NCBI GenBank assembly: GCA_043811995.1
Contig: JBDRMP010000055.1
Coordinates: 372-64,371 of the forward strand
DNA: 64,000 nucleotides
From: Planctomycetota bacterium
Lineage (GTDB): Bacteria > Planctomycetota > Phycisphaerae > Sedimentisphaerales > Anaerobacaceae
Direction of reading: 5' to 3'
Position 1 is the stretch's first letter, and each line of letters begins with the position of its first letter. Positions 18,723 to 27,772 of the stretch are shown here, piece after piece. The translations under genes were made by a program, and so were the position numbers. A model generated the notes under the pieces. That model worked only from the letters and a program-made list of their open reading frames with translations, did no database searches and had not been told where the DNA came from.

Positions 18723-19664
18723 ATGAATCCCAAGCTGCAAAGAGGCCTTACGCTCTATACCAGATATCTGGGCTTGTGGGTGGTTGTCTTTGGTCTGCTG
18801 GCATGCTTTTTTCCGGCGCCTTTCGTCGCGCTGAAAAGCTGCAACAAGGCGTTTTTTGCCCTGACTATGTTCGGCATAGGTGCGGTGCTGTCTGTTGACG
18901 ATTTCAAGAACATTGCCAAAAATCCCGTCATAGTGCTCATCGGCTCCGCTGCACAGTTCACGATAATGCCCTTTAGTGCGTTTATCATCGCCAGGATTCT
19001 CAACCTGCCGCCCATAATAACTGTCGGGCTGGTCCTCACGGGTGCCGCGCCCGGCGCGATGGCCAGTAACGTAATGAGCTATATCGCAAAGGCGGACGTC
19101 GCCTATTCGGTATCGCTCACAACCGTATCCACATTGCTTTGTCCGCTTTTGACGCCGGGCCTGACGTATCTTTTGGCAAGGTCGCGTCTTGAAGTGCCGT
19201 TTTGGGCCATGATGCTCGACGTCATCGGTATGGTAATCGCCCCGTTGTTTGCCGGCTTCGCAGTCCGCCATTATTTCAAAAAGCAGGTGGAGCACATCCT
19301 GCCGGTCTTTCCCGCCATATCCGTCACCTTCATAACGTTCATTTGCTCACTGGTCATTGCGCTGAACCGTGACCGGTTACTCGAGGCAACTTTGCCGATT
19401 CTTGTGGCGGTAATAATCCTTAATATCTGGGGTATGACCTCCGGCTATGGCATCGGCGCGTTGTTCGGGATGAATACCGCAAGTAAGCGAACTTTGGCTA
19501 TTGAAATCGGTATGCAAAACGCGGGTCTCGGCACAACGCTTGCTCTCCAGCACTTCGGCCCTGAGGCCGCCATACCGGCCGCATTCTTCGTCTTTATCTG
19601 CATTTTCACCGCCTCCTTCGCCGCCGCTGTCTGGCAAAGGTCTTCAATTGAACCTCAAAACTAA
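18723..19664 (+). CDS. bile acid:sodium symporter (BASS/SBF) family transporter
   Basis: ...LVLTGAAPGAMASNVMSYIAKADVAYSVSLT... and ...EIGMQNAGLGTTLA... are typical SBF-family blocks. About 9 TM segments. Confidence 0.85.
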   Translation: MNPKLQRGLTLYTRYLGLWVVVFGLLACFFPAPFVALKSCNKAFFALTMFGIGAVLSVDDFKNIAKNPVIVLIGSAAQFTIMPFSAFIIARILNLPPIITVGLVLTGAAPGAMASNVMSYIAKADVAYSVSLTTVSTLLCPLLTPGLTYLLARSRLEVPFWAMMLDVIGMVIAPLFAGFAVRHYFKKQVEHILPVFPAISVTFITFICSLVIALNRDRLLEATLPILVAVIILNIWGMTSGYGIGALFGMNTASKRTLAIEIGMQNAGLGTTLALQHFGPEAAIPAAFFVFICIFTASFAAAVWQRSSIEPQN

Positions 19665-19785
19665 ACCCGCCTCAAATATGACTGGTAAAAACTCGACCGG
19701 TCTTGCTTTACACCATTCTAATTGATATAATCTTACAAACTCAAATATACTCTATCGGCCGGGGACAGAGAGAGCATAGCTATAA

Positions 19786-20313
19786 ATGAAGGTATTGCTG
19801 AACGCAAAACAAATAGAGCAAATCCTCAAAAAGCTGGCGACCAGCATTGTCGCAGATACCCCCGATGGCGTTGAAATTGCCGTAATAGGAATCCGAAGCC
19901 GGGGCGAAATCCTCGCACAACGGCTGGCAGGCATACTATCCGAAAAAATCGGAGGCGACGTTCCCTGCGGCACCCTCGACATCACGCTCTACCGCGACGA
20001 CCTCAATTCACCCCAGGGCAATCAGCAGCCGAAGGTCCGCACAACGGAAATCGGTTTCGATATAGACGACAAAATTATCATTCTTGTCGATGACGTTCTG
20101 CACACGGGCCGCTCGACTCGCGCGGCGATGGATGCGCTGATAGACCTTGGCAGACCAAAGGCGATTCGGCTGGCCGTCCTTGTTGACAGGGCAGGCAGGG
20201 AATACCCGATACAGGCCGACTATGCCGGCTATAAAACAAAAGCAAAACCAGGTAAACTGGTCCACGTGCTCTTAAAAGAATCGGACGACAAAGAACAAGT
20301 TGTTGTAGAATAA
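19786..20313 (+). CDS. pyrR: bifunctional pyrimidine operon regulator / uracil phosphoribosyltransferase PyrR
   Basis: ...IAVIGIRSRGEILAQRLA...LDITLYRDDL...IILVDDVLHTGRSTRAAMDAL (PRPP-binding loop). Confidence 0.92.
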   Translation: MKVLLNAKQIEQILKKLATSIVADTPDGVEIAVIGIRSRGEILAQRLAGILSEKIGGDVPCGTLDITLYRDDLNSPQGNQQPKVRTTEIGFDIDDKIIILVDDVLHTGRSTRAAMDALIDLGRPKAIRLAVLVDRAGREYPIQADYAGYKTKAKPGKLVHVLLKESDDKEQVVVE

Positions 20314-20348
20314 ACCGGGCAAAAAATAAATTTTGGCGGTAACCGGAT

Positions 20349-21317
20349 ATGGCTGTGAAGGGAAAAACAAGCCAGTTCAAATGGGAACGCAAACACCTGC
20401 TTGGTTTACGAGAGCTTTCCGCAGAGGAAATTACTTATATTCTCGATACCGCTGCCGGGTTTGAGCAGATAACCAGCCGGGCCGTAAAGAAGGCCCCGCC
20501 GCTGCGAGGCAAGCTCGTGGTAAATCTGTTCTTCGAGGACAGCACCCGCACACGAAACAGCTTTGCCCTGGCCGCCAGCCGACTAAGCGCAGACGTAGTG
20601 GAATTTACCAAAAAAGACAGCTCCGTCAGCAAAGGTGAAACGCTGCTTGATACCGCGCGTAACCTCGAAGCAATGGGTATCGATATCGTCGTCATCAGGC
20701 ATAGCGCCGGTGGCGCGCCGATGTTGCTCAGTAAATATATACACGCCTGCGTCGTCAATGCCGGCGACGGCTACTGCGAGCACCCGACACAGGGTCTGCT
20801 CGACGTCTTCACGATTCGAAAGCTCAAAGGCACTCTCAAGGGGCTCAAAATCGCCATAGTAGGCGACATCGCGCATTCGCGGGTAGCAAGAAGCGATATG
20901 TGGGCAATGACAAAACTCGGCGCCGAGGTAACATTTGTAGGGCCGCCGACGCTGATGCCGTCAAAAGTGGAGCAATTGCCCGTCAAAATCAGCTATTCGC
21001 TCGACGACGTGATTGAAAAAGTTGACGTGATAAATATGCTGCGGATACAGTTTGAGCGACTCGGCGGCAATCCGTTCCCCTCGGTCCGCGAATACTCGCA
21101 CCGCTTCGGCCTGACCGTTGACCGTATGAAAAGGGCAAAACCCGACATTATCGTAATGCACCCGGGCCCAATAAACCGGGGCCTTGAAATGGAAAGCGAA
21201 GTGGCAGACGGCCGCAACAGCGTCATTCTCCAGCAGGTAACAAACGGAGTCGCCGTAAGAATGGCCGTGCTTTTTCTTGTCAACCAGGCGGCAGCCGAAG
21301 CGACAGGACGGGCATAA
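20349..21317 (+). CDS. pyrB: aspartate carbamoyltransferase catalytic subunit
   Basis: ...NLFFEDSTRTRNSFALAA...HPTQGLLD...HPGP... are canonical ATCase motifs. Confidence 0.93.
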   Translation: MAVKGKTSQFKWERKHLLGLRELSAEEITYILDTAAGFEQITSRAVKKAPPLRGKLVVNLFFEDSTRTRNSFALAASRLSADVVEFTKKDSSVSKGETLLDTARNLEAMGIDIVVIRHSAGGAPMLLSKYIHACVVNAGDGYCEHPTQGLLDVFTIRKLKGTLKGLKIAIVGDIAHSRVARSDMWAMTKLGAEVTFVGPPTLMPSKVEQLPVKISYSLDDVIEKVDVINMLRIQFERLGGNPFPSVREYSHRFGLTVDRMKRAKPDIIVMHPGPINRGLEMESEVADGRNSVILQQVTNGVAVRMAVLFLVNQAAAEATGRA

Positions 21318-21350
21318 GGAGTCAATCACCTTATGGTCAACGAATTGCTT

Positions 21351-22334
21351 ATGAAAAACAGACATATAATCGACAAGGCAAAATGCCCTCTGAAAGCGGC
21401 CTTGTGTGCTCTGTTGGTTTTTTATTCCGGCTGTTCTCAAAGCAATGTCGCTAACAAGCTCAACCTGGAGTTCAAACCCGAGCCGGGAAAATTGTTCACG
21501 ATGCGAATTTCAATAGAAGACACGGTTACAGAAGGGCCACAAGGCCAGCAGGCAAAAACAAATCACATTAAAACAACTGACCTGGGCTTTTATGTAAACG
21601 GGGTCGATGACAAAGGTATTACGTCGATGAAAGCGACTTTTCGGGCTATGAGGGAGAAAACAAAGTCCCCGATGGGTTCTATTGATTACGATTACGCCAA
21701 TCCGCTCATCAGGAAGGAAGGCCCCGTTGCGAAGATTTATAACGCGATGATTGGAGAAGGGCTCCTGATTAAAGTCACGCCGGCAGGCGAGATTGCTGAG
21801 ATTGACGCTGAAGATATGTTTGGCATAGCAGCCGAAAAAATTGTTAGAACACAAAAATCAACAAGTGACGCAAACCAGGACGCTCGAAATGCCAGAATTG
21901 AGGAAATCAAACAAAGCATAAAGAGCTATCCGCTTACTTCAACAGAATACCTCAAAGAGCTGATAGGTTTTATGATACCTTCTTATCCGGGCCAAGCCAT
22001 TAAGGTGGGCGATTCGTGGACCAGTAAAGTCGATACGTCAAAGTGGACAAGTTATATCCCTCAGACCGACGGAACCTACACCCTCAAAGAGCACAGGCAA
22101 GGCCTTGCCCTCGTCGAAGTAAACGCGGAGAGAATGATTGCGGACAAGTCCATCCCCGAAAGCGGCGGGCGGGCGACTTACACGGGAACCGTTAAAGTAG
22201 AGGGTAATCTGGAAATAAACGAGGCAACGGGCATGCTGATTCATAAGCAGATAAAGACGCGTCTTGCGGGCGACGTGAACGACCAGGGTAAAACATGGCC
22301 GATTCAAGTGGAAAGCACGGTAACAGTTGAATAG
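21351..22334 (+). CDS. lipoprotein of unknown function inserted between pyrB and pyrC
   Basis: MKNRHIIDKAKCPLKAALCALLVFYSGCSQS (lipobox) followed by about 300 beta-rich residues. No family recognised with confidence. Tight spacing to both neighbours. Confidence 0.7.
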   Translation: MKNRHIIDKAKCPLKAALCALLVFYSGCSQSNVANKLNLEFKPEPGKLFTMRISIEDTVTEGPQGQQAKTNHIKTTDLGFYVNGVDDKGITSMKATFRAMREKTKSPMGSIDYDYANPLIRKEGPVAKIYNAMIGEGLLIKVTPAGEIAEIDAEDMFGIAAEKIVRTQKSTSDANQDARNARIEEIKQSIKSYPLTSTEYLKELIGFMIPSYPGQAIKVGDSWTSKVDTSKWTSYIPQTDGTYTLKEHRQGLALVEVNAERMIADKSIPESGGRATYTGTVKVEGNLEINEATGMLIHKQIKTRLAGDVNDQGKTWPIQVESTVTVE

Positions 22335-22344
22335 GTGCAATGTA

Positions 22345-23637
22345 ATGGGAAATGAGCTGCTGATAAAAAACGGGCACGTAATCGACCCGGCCAACAAAAT
22401 CAACAAAAAATGCGACGTGCTGATTGTTGACGAAAAGTTTGCCGAGGTAGGGCACGTTAAGAGGCCGGCGGCAAATGTCATTGACGCGACGGGCAAACTC
22501 GTCGTGCCGGGTCTGATTGACATCCACGTTCATTTCCGCGAGCCGGGCGATGAAGAAGAAGAAACCATCGCGAGTGGCTCGGCTGCCGCCGTAGCGGCAG
22601 GTTTTACGTCCGTTGTTTGTATGCCCAACACGACACCTCCGATAGAAAACGAGACCAACGTTGAATACGTCCATCGCAAGGCGCGCAAAGCCAGAAAAAC
22701 TCACGTCTATACTATGGGGGCCGTCACAAAAGGCCGGGAAGGTATTGAGCTTGCCGAGATGGGCTTTATGGCCGAGGCCGGCGCCGTCGGTTTTACCGAC
22801 GACGGTTACGGCGTTCAGGACCCCTCGGTGATGCTGCGTGCGCTGAAATATGCCCAGATGTTCAACGTGGTCATAGCCCAGCACTGCCAGGACGACAGAA
22901 TCGCCGGCGAAGGAGTGATGAACGCCGGCTATTACTCGACGATACTCGGTCTGCCGGGTCTTGACCCGTTGGCCGAGGAGGCGATGCTGTGGCGTGATAT
23001 TCAGCTTGTCAAAAAAATCAACCCCAATACAGTCCGTTACCACGCCCAGCACATTTCAACGGCCTGTTCGGTCGAGCTTATCCGTGCCGCCAAAAAACAG
23101 GGTCTGCCCGTTACATGTGAAGTAACGCCGCATCATTTGCTGCTTACCGAGGCAGCGTGCGCCGAATACGATACCAATTACAAGGTCAACCCGCCGCTGC
23201 GAACTGAAAAGGATATTGAGGCCCTCAAGGAAGCGATTGCCGACGGGCTGATTGACGCGCTGGTTACCGACCATGCCCCGCATCTGGCCAGCGAAAAAGA
23301 GCTTGAGTTTCTTGCAGCGCCCTTCGGAATCGCCGGTCTGGAATGTGCACTGGCTCTTTACGTCAAAGCGCTGATTGAGCCGGGCATCCTCGACTGGCCC
23401 GGCCTGATACGCCTGATGACCGAGAAACCCGCCAAAATAATCGGCGTCGATAAGGGAACTATGACCAAAGGCAAACAGGCCGACGTCACAATAATCGCCC
23501 CTGACGCCGAATACAAAATCGACGTAAACAAATTCCGCTCGAAAAGCAAAAATTGCCCCTATCACGGATGGAAAGTCAAGGGCAGGGTCGAAAAAACAAT
23601 CGTAAGCGGCGAAATAAGATTTTCTGCAGAAGACTGA
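22345..23637 (+). CDS. pyrC: dihydroorotase
   Basis: MGNELLIKNGHVIDP...LVVPGLIDIHVHFREPG...TDHAPH... are amidohydrolase metal-ligand motifs of DHOase. Confidence 0.92.
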   Translation: MGNELLIKNGHVIDPANKINKKCDVLIVDEKFAEVGHVKRPAANVIDATGKLVVPGLIDIHVHFREPGDEEEETIASGSAAAVAAGFTSVVCMPNTTPPIENETNVEYVHRKARKARKTHVYTMGAVTKGREGIELAEMGFMAEAGAVGFTDDGYGVQDPSVMLRALKYAQMFNVVIAQHCQDDRIAGEGVMNAGYYSTILGLPGLDPLAEEAMLWRDIQLVKKINPNTVRYHAQHISTACSVELIRAAKKQGLPVTCEVTPHHLLLTEAACAEYDTNYKVNPPLRTEKDIEALKEAIADGLIDALVTDHAPHLASEKELEFLAAPFGIAGLECALALYVKALIEPGILDWPGLIRLMTEKPAKIIGVDKGTMTKGKQADVTIIAPDAEYKIDVNKFRSKSKNCPYHGWKVKGRVEKTIVSGEIRFSAED

Positions 23638-23640
23638 AAA

Positions 23641-24114
23641 ATGCCGGTTATCATCGATGGGCATAATCTGCTGTGGTCTGTCCAGAACGCGGAAGAAAAC
23701 GCATCAATCACAGATATAACACTGTGTCGAATTCTCGACAGTTACTTTGGCCTGGCCAACGAAAACGCTGAAATCATATTCGACGGTATAGGCCCGCCGA
23801 ATAAAACTGAATTCAATAATGTCAGGAACCTGGCGATTGCCTTTTCCGGCCGGAGAACCGACTGCGATACCATCATAGAGCAGAAGATACTTGCCAGCAC
23901 CGCGCCGAAATTATTGACAATCGTCAGCACTGACCGCAGATTGCGCGACGCCGCGTCCGCAAGAAAGGCAACCTCGATAAAATCCGAGGATTTCTGGGAT
24001 GAAGTGAAAAAACGGCTCAGCAAAAGAAAAACCGGCAAAGAGCCGCCGGGAAAACGCAGCGGCCTGACTGAAAGCGAAACTAAACTCTGGCTGAAGGCCT
24101 TCGGCCTGGAATAA
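23641..24114 (+). CDS. NYN/PIN-like (YacP/Rae1-like) domain protein
   Basis: MPVIIDGHNLLWSV...IIFDG...TIVSTDRRLRDAA resembles the YacP-type NYN ribonuclease fold. The start lies 4 nt after the pyrC stop. Confidence 0.55.
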   Translation: MPVIIDGHNLLWSVQNAEENASITDITLCRILDSYFGLANENAEIIFDGIGPPNKTEFNNVRNLAIAFSGRRTDCDTIIEQKILASTAPKLLTIVSTDRRLRDAASARKATSIKSEDFWDEVKKRLSKRKTGKEPPGKRSGLTESETKLWLKAFGLE

Positions 24115-24146
24115 TAGAAAGTCAGCCGATTAAGGCGTAAAGATTT

Positions 24147-26597
24147 ATGAAGGACTCTGAAAAAACCAAAGAACAGCTCAACAAAGAGCTAAACGAACTG
24201 CGTCGTCAAATCGAGCAGTTACAAAACATCAAAACCATTCCCCAGAGGGCGGAGCAGGTCTTTCAGGAGTCCGAGCGCAGATACAAGGCCATATTCGAGT
24301 CGGCCACGGAAGGAATCCTTATCGCCGATATTGAAACAAAGCAATTAAGATACGCCAATCCGGCCATCTGCAGGATGTTCGGATACGCCGCCGAAGAACT
24401 TCAAAAAATGAGCGTTCAGGATGTGCACCCGAAAGAATCTTTCCTGCACGCGCTCTCGGAATTCGAGGCACAGGCACGGGGCGAAAAAACGCTGGCCTGC
24501 GACATACCTTGTCTTCGCAAGGATGGAACCGTTTTCTACGCGGACATTGACACAACCAATGTCGTGATAGACCAAAGGTCGTGCAACGTGGGATTTTTTG
24601 CTGACATCACCGAGCGCAAGCGCGCCGAAGAGGCCCTGCGGGAAAGCGAGCAAAGATTCCGCCTGCTCGTCGAGCAGCTCCCGGCCATTACCTATACCGC
24701 GGCCCTCGACGAGGCAAGCACGACGCTCTACACAAGTCCACAGATAGAGGAGATACTCGGCGGGAGCGTTTCCGACTACAAGGCCGACCCCGACCTTTGG
24801 CGCAAGCTCCTTCATCCCGACGACCGCGACCGTGTTTTGGCCGACGTTGCGACGTCGCATCAGACCGGAGAACCGTTCAGTTCCGAGTACCGAATGATTG
24901 CAAAAGACGGACGCGTCGTCTGGATGCGCGACGATGCCCGGATTGTCGAAGACGCCGGCGGAAAACCACTCTACCTTCAGGGCGTTATGTATGACATCAC
25001 GGAGCGTAAAAACACAGAGGAATCGCTTCGCCGGGCCGAAGAAAAATTCAGAGGACTGGTGGAAAGAAGCTTCGATATGATTTTTATGACCGACGCCGAA
25101 GGTTACATAACATACGTTTCGCCCGCCTGCGAAAAGATATTCGGCTACAAACCGGAGGAAATGCTCGGCAAACATTTTACACGGTTCCTCGCCAAATCTG
25201 ACGTGCAAAAGGCCTTACAGCATTTCAAAGACGACTTGACAGGCCGCAAGACACCTGCAATCCTCCAGCTCGAGGCCGTAAAAAAAGACGGAGCCCACGC
25301 CTTCATCGAGCTTAACCCATCCCTCATTCTCAAAGATGGGCAACCCATCGGAAATCAGGGAATCATAAGGGATATCACCTATCGTAAGAAGGCACAGGAA
25401 GAGCTTCAAAAGGCACAGGAAGAGCTGGAGAACCGCGTCCGGCAGAGAACCACCGACCTCGCCGGGGCGGTAGAAAAGCTCCAAAAAGAAATTGCCGAGC
25501 GCAAACGAGCCGAAGAATCCCTCCGCAGGACCGAACAGCGTTTCAAAACTATTTTCGATAATACCATCTTAGGATTTTACAGAACCACGCCCGACGGTCG
25601 AATACTTCTGGCCAACCCGGCGCTGATAAAAATGCTCGGCTATGACTCCTTCAAAGAGCTGGCCCGGCTCAACCTCGAAAAAGAAGGCCATGACCCGTCA
25701 ACGCCGCGCTCAATGTTCAAAAAGCGTATCGAAGAACAAGGCAGGGTCATCGGTCTGGAGTCGGCCTGGATAAAACGGGACGGCTCCAAACTCTTCGTCT
25801 CCGAAAGCGCGTATGTCACCAGAGATGAACAAGGCAATATCCTCTATTATGAGGGCACGGTCCAGGACATCACAAAATGTAAAGAGGTGGAAGAAAAACT
25901 CCTTCTTTATCAGGACCAGTTGCGCTCGCTGGCCTCACAGCTTTCTCTGGCCGAGGAACGGCTTAGACGCCGTATCGCTACCGAGCTGCACGACCACATC
26001 GCGCAAAATCTTGCCATCTCCAAAATCAAGCTTGCATCGCTGGCCGACACTGCCTCGACACAGCAACGCGCTAAAGCAATACGGGAAATAACCGATTTAA
26101 TCACTCAGGCAATCGAGGATACCCGCTCGCTTACCTTCGAAGTCAGCCCGCCCGTTCTGTATGAGCTTGGTTTTGAGGCGGCGGTGAGGTGGCTCGCCAA
26201 GCAGGCCGGAAGGCGTTTCGGCCTGAAAGTCGAGTTTACCGACGACGGCCTTGCAAAACCGCTCGATACCGACATCAGAGTGCTCTTGTTCCAGGCGGTC
26301 CGAGAGCTTTTAGTCAACGTCGTCAAGCACGCCAAGACCGGCAAAGCGAGCATCTCCACAAGAAAAATTCATAACAATATCCGTATGACCATCGAGGACG
26401 AAGGCGTCGGCTTCGACACATCCGGCGTCGGGGCCAGTGACTACACAAAGGGCGGTTTCGGCCTGTTTAATATCAGGGAACGGCTTAACTACATAGGAGG
26501 AAAAGTTGAAATACGCTCCAGGCCAAACCACGGCACGCGGATAACCCTGTTCGCCCCCCTGCTGAAAAATAAAAAACCTCCGCGGAAGCATTCTTGA
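24147..26597 (+). CDS. multi-PAS sensor histidine kinase (HisKA_3 / NarX-type transmitter)
   Basis: Four PAS-like modules, each ending ...DITERK/DITYRK/DITKCK. H-box ELHDHIAQNLA, then an HATPase block ...DEGVGFD...GGFGLFNIRERL... No TM segment is evident, so the protein is probably cytoplasmic. Confidence 0.88.
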   Translation: MKDSEKTKEQLNKELNELRRQIEQLQNIKTIPQRAEQVFQESERRYKAIFESATEGILIADIETKQLRYANPAICRMFGYAAEELQKMSVQDVHPKESFLHALSEFEAQARGEKTLACDIPCLRKDGTVFYADIDTTNVVIDQRSCNVGFFADITERKRAEEALRESEQRFRLLVEQLPAITYTAALDEASTTLYTSPQIEEILGGSVSDYKADPDLWRKLLHPDDRDRVLADVATSHQTGEPFSSEYRMIAKDGRVVWMRDDARIVEDAGGKPLYLQGVMYDITERKNTEESLRRAEEKFRGLVERSFDMIFMTDAEGYITYVSPACEKIFGYKPEEMLGKHFTRFLAKSDVQKALQHFKDDLTGRKTPAILQLEAVKKDGAHAFIELNPSLILKDGQPIGNQGIIRDITYRKKAQEELQKAQEELENRVRQRTTDLAGAVEKLQKEIAERKRAEESLRRTEQRFKTIFDNTILGFYRTTPDGRILLANPALIKMLGYDSFKELARLNLEKEGHDPSTPRSMFKKRIEEQGRVIGLESAWIKRDGSKLFVSESAYVTRDEQGNILYYEGTVQDITKCKEVEEKLLLYQDQLRSLASQLSLAEERLRRRIATELHDHIAQNLAISKIKLASLADTASTQQRAKAIREITDLITQAIEDTRSLTFEVSPPVLYELGFEAAVRWLAKQAGRRFGLKVEFTDDGLAKPLDTDIRVLLFQAVRELLVNVVKHAKTGKASISTRKIHNNIRMTIEDEGVGFDTSGVGASDYTKGGFGLFNIRERLNYIGGKVEIRSRPNHGTRITLFAPLLKNKKPPRKHS

Positions 26598-26684
26598 AGC
26601 AAAGCTGAGTTTATGAGATAATGTCCTGATATATAACTCATCGACCCATCTGTGCCTTCACAGGCCTGGACAGGAGTAAAACAA

Positions 26685-27338
26685 GTGAGTATAAGAGTTC
26701 TTTTGGCAGACGACCACAAAATAATCAGGCAGGGACTTCGGTCGCTGCTCGAAAAACAGCAGGATATGGAGGTCGTCGCCGAGGCCGAAGACGGCAGAAG
26801 CGCTGTCCGCCTCGCAGCCGAAACGGCGCCCGACGTCGTAATTATGGATGTTACTATGCCCGACTTAAACGGGGTCGAGGCGACAAAGCAAATCCTCTCG
26901 AATTCCCCCGACATCAAAATCGTCGCTCTGTCGATGCACTCCGACTCGATGTTCGTTGCCGAGATGCTCAAAAACGGCGCCGTCGGCTACCTGCTCAAGG
27001 ACTGCGCATTTGAAGAGCTTGACAAGGCCATACGAACCGTCCTCGACAACAAGACCTATCTGAGCCCCGCGATTTCGGGCGTTGTCCTCGAGGACTATAT
27101 CTACCGGCTCTCCAAGACCGGCTTCGCCGGCCCCGATGTCATCAGCGACAGAGAACGCGAGGTCCTTCAGCTTATGGCCGAGGGCTACTCCACAAAAAAA
27201 ATCGCCCAAAAGCTTCACATCAGCATCAAGACAGTTGAGACGCATCGTCGGCATATGATGGCTAAGCTGGACATTCATACCATCGCCGAACTTACCAAGT
27301 ACGCTATTCGCAAAGGTTTTACATCGCTCGAAAAATAG
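26685..27338 (+). CDS. NarL/LuxR-family response regulator
   Basis: AGGAG lies 8 nt before the GTG at 26685. Receiver domain IRVLLADDHKIIRQGL...DVVIMDVTMPDLNG; C-terminal LuxR HTH REREVLQLMAEGYSTKKIAQKLHISIKTVETHR. Confidence 0.9.
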   Translation: MSIRVLLADDHKIIRQGLRSLLEKQQDMEVVAEAEDGRSAVRLAAETAPDVVIMDVTMPDLNGVEATKQILSNSPDIKIVALSMHSDSMFVAEMLKNGAVGYLLKDCAFEELDKAIRTVLDNKTYLSPAISGVVLEDYIYRLSKTGFAGPDVISDREREVLQLMAEGYSTKKIAQKLHISIKTVETHRRHMMAKLDIHTIAELTKYAIRKGFTSLEK

Positions 27339-27415
27339 CCCATTCTTTACTGATTTATGGGGGGGGGCACAAGAAAAATCAGGTATTTCTACCATCAAAA
27401 TCAGGCATCTTCTGA

Positions 27416-27445
27416 TTGCCGGGCTTTGCGCACATAGGGTATTAT
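27416..27445 (+). promoter_or_regulatory. promoter candidate that would give a ~320-nt mltA leader
   Basis: TTGCCG (27416-27421), 18-nt spacer, TATTAT (27440-27445). The -10 region lies inside the dyad GCGCAC...ATGCGC. Confidence 0.3.
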
Positions 27446-27651
27446 GCGCATAGTAACAATTGCGATTCGACCCTCACCCGTTCCAGTTGGTTTATAGCGG
27501 GTGGAGGCGTTCTCGATGCAAGGAGTATCACTTGCGTGGCTCTCTTAGGGCATTTTGGGTGTGGGTGCTCGTGAGACCCCAGTGGTGCTCCTTCTTTCTG
27601 CGCACTTATTTGTCATACTATTAAAGAATCAATCCCAATATCACCGATTGT

Positions 27652-27733
27652 GTTCTTATCGGGCTTCGCCTTTATGGCTACGCCCTGATTATCTCATCTT
27701 ATCACGGCGAAGCGCAGCGAAGCCGGATAAGAC
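27652..27733 (+). promoter_or_regulatory. long dyad element with competing inner pairing in the mltA leader
   Basis: The 5' arm GTTCTTATCGGGCTTCGC (27652-27669) pairs with GCGAAGCCGGATAAGAC (27717-27733), giving 16 bp with one bulge and one mismatch. An inner copy GGCGAAGC (27706-27713) can alternatively pair with GCTTCGCC (27663-27670). Confidence 0.5.
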
Positions 27734-27772
27734 GTTAACCGAAGCTTAAAATCTAAAACTTACAAAAAAACT

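Noticed and set aside
22192-25208. Antisense ORFs 22192-23052, 23056-23664 and 24345-25208.
   Set aside because: They lie opposite pyrC and the PAS kinase. No recognisable domains; they are frame shadows of GC-rich coding DNA.
27555-27749. 64-aa ORF in the mltA leader.
   Set aside because: It has no RBS and an alternative start codon, and it is composed largely of the dyad element sequence. The region is more plausibly RNA structure.
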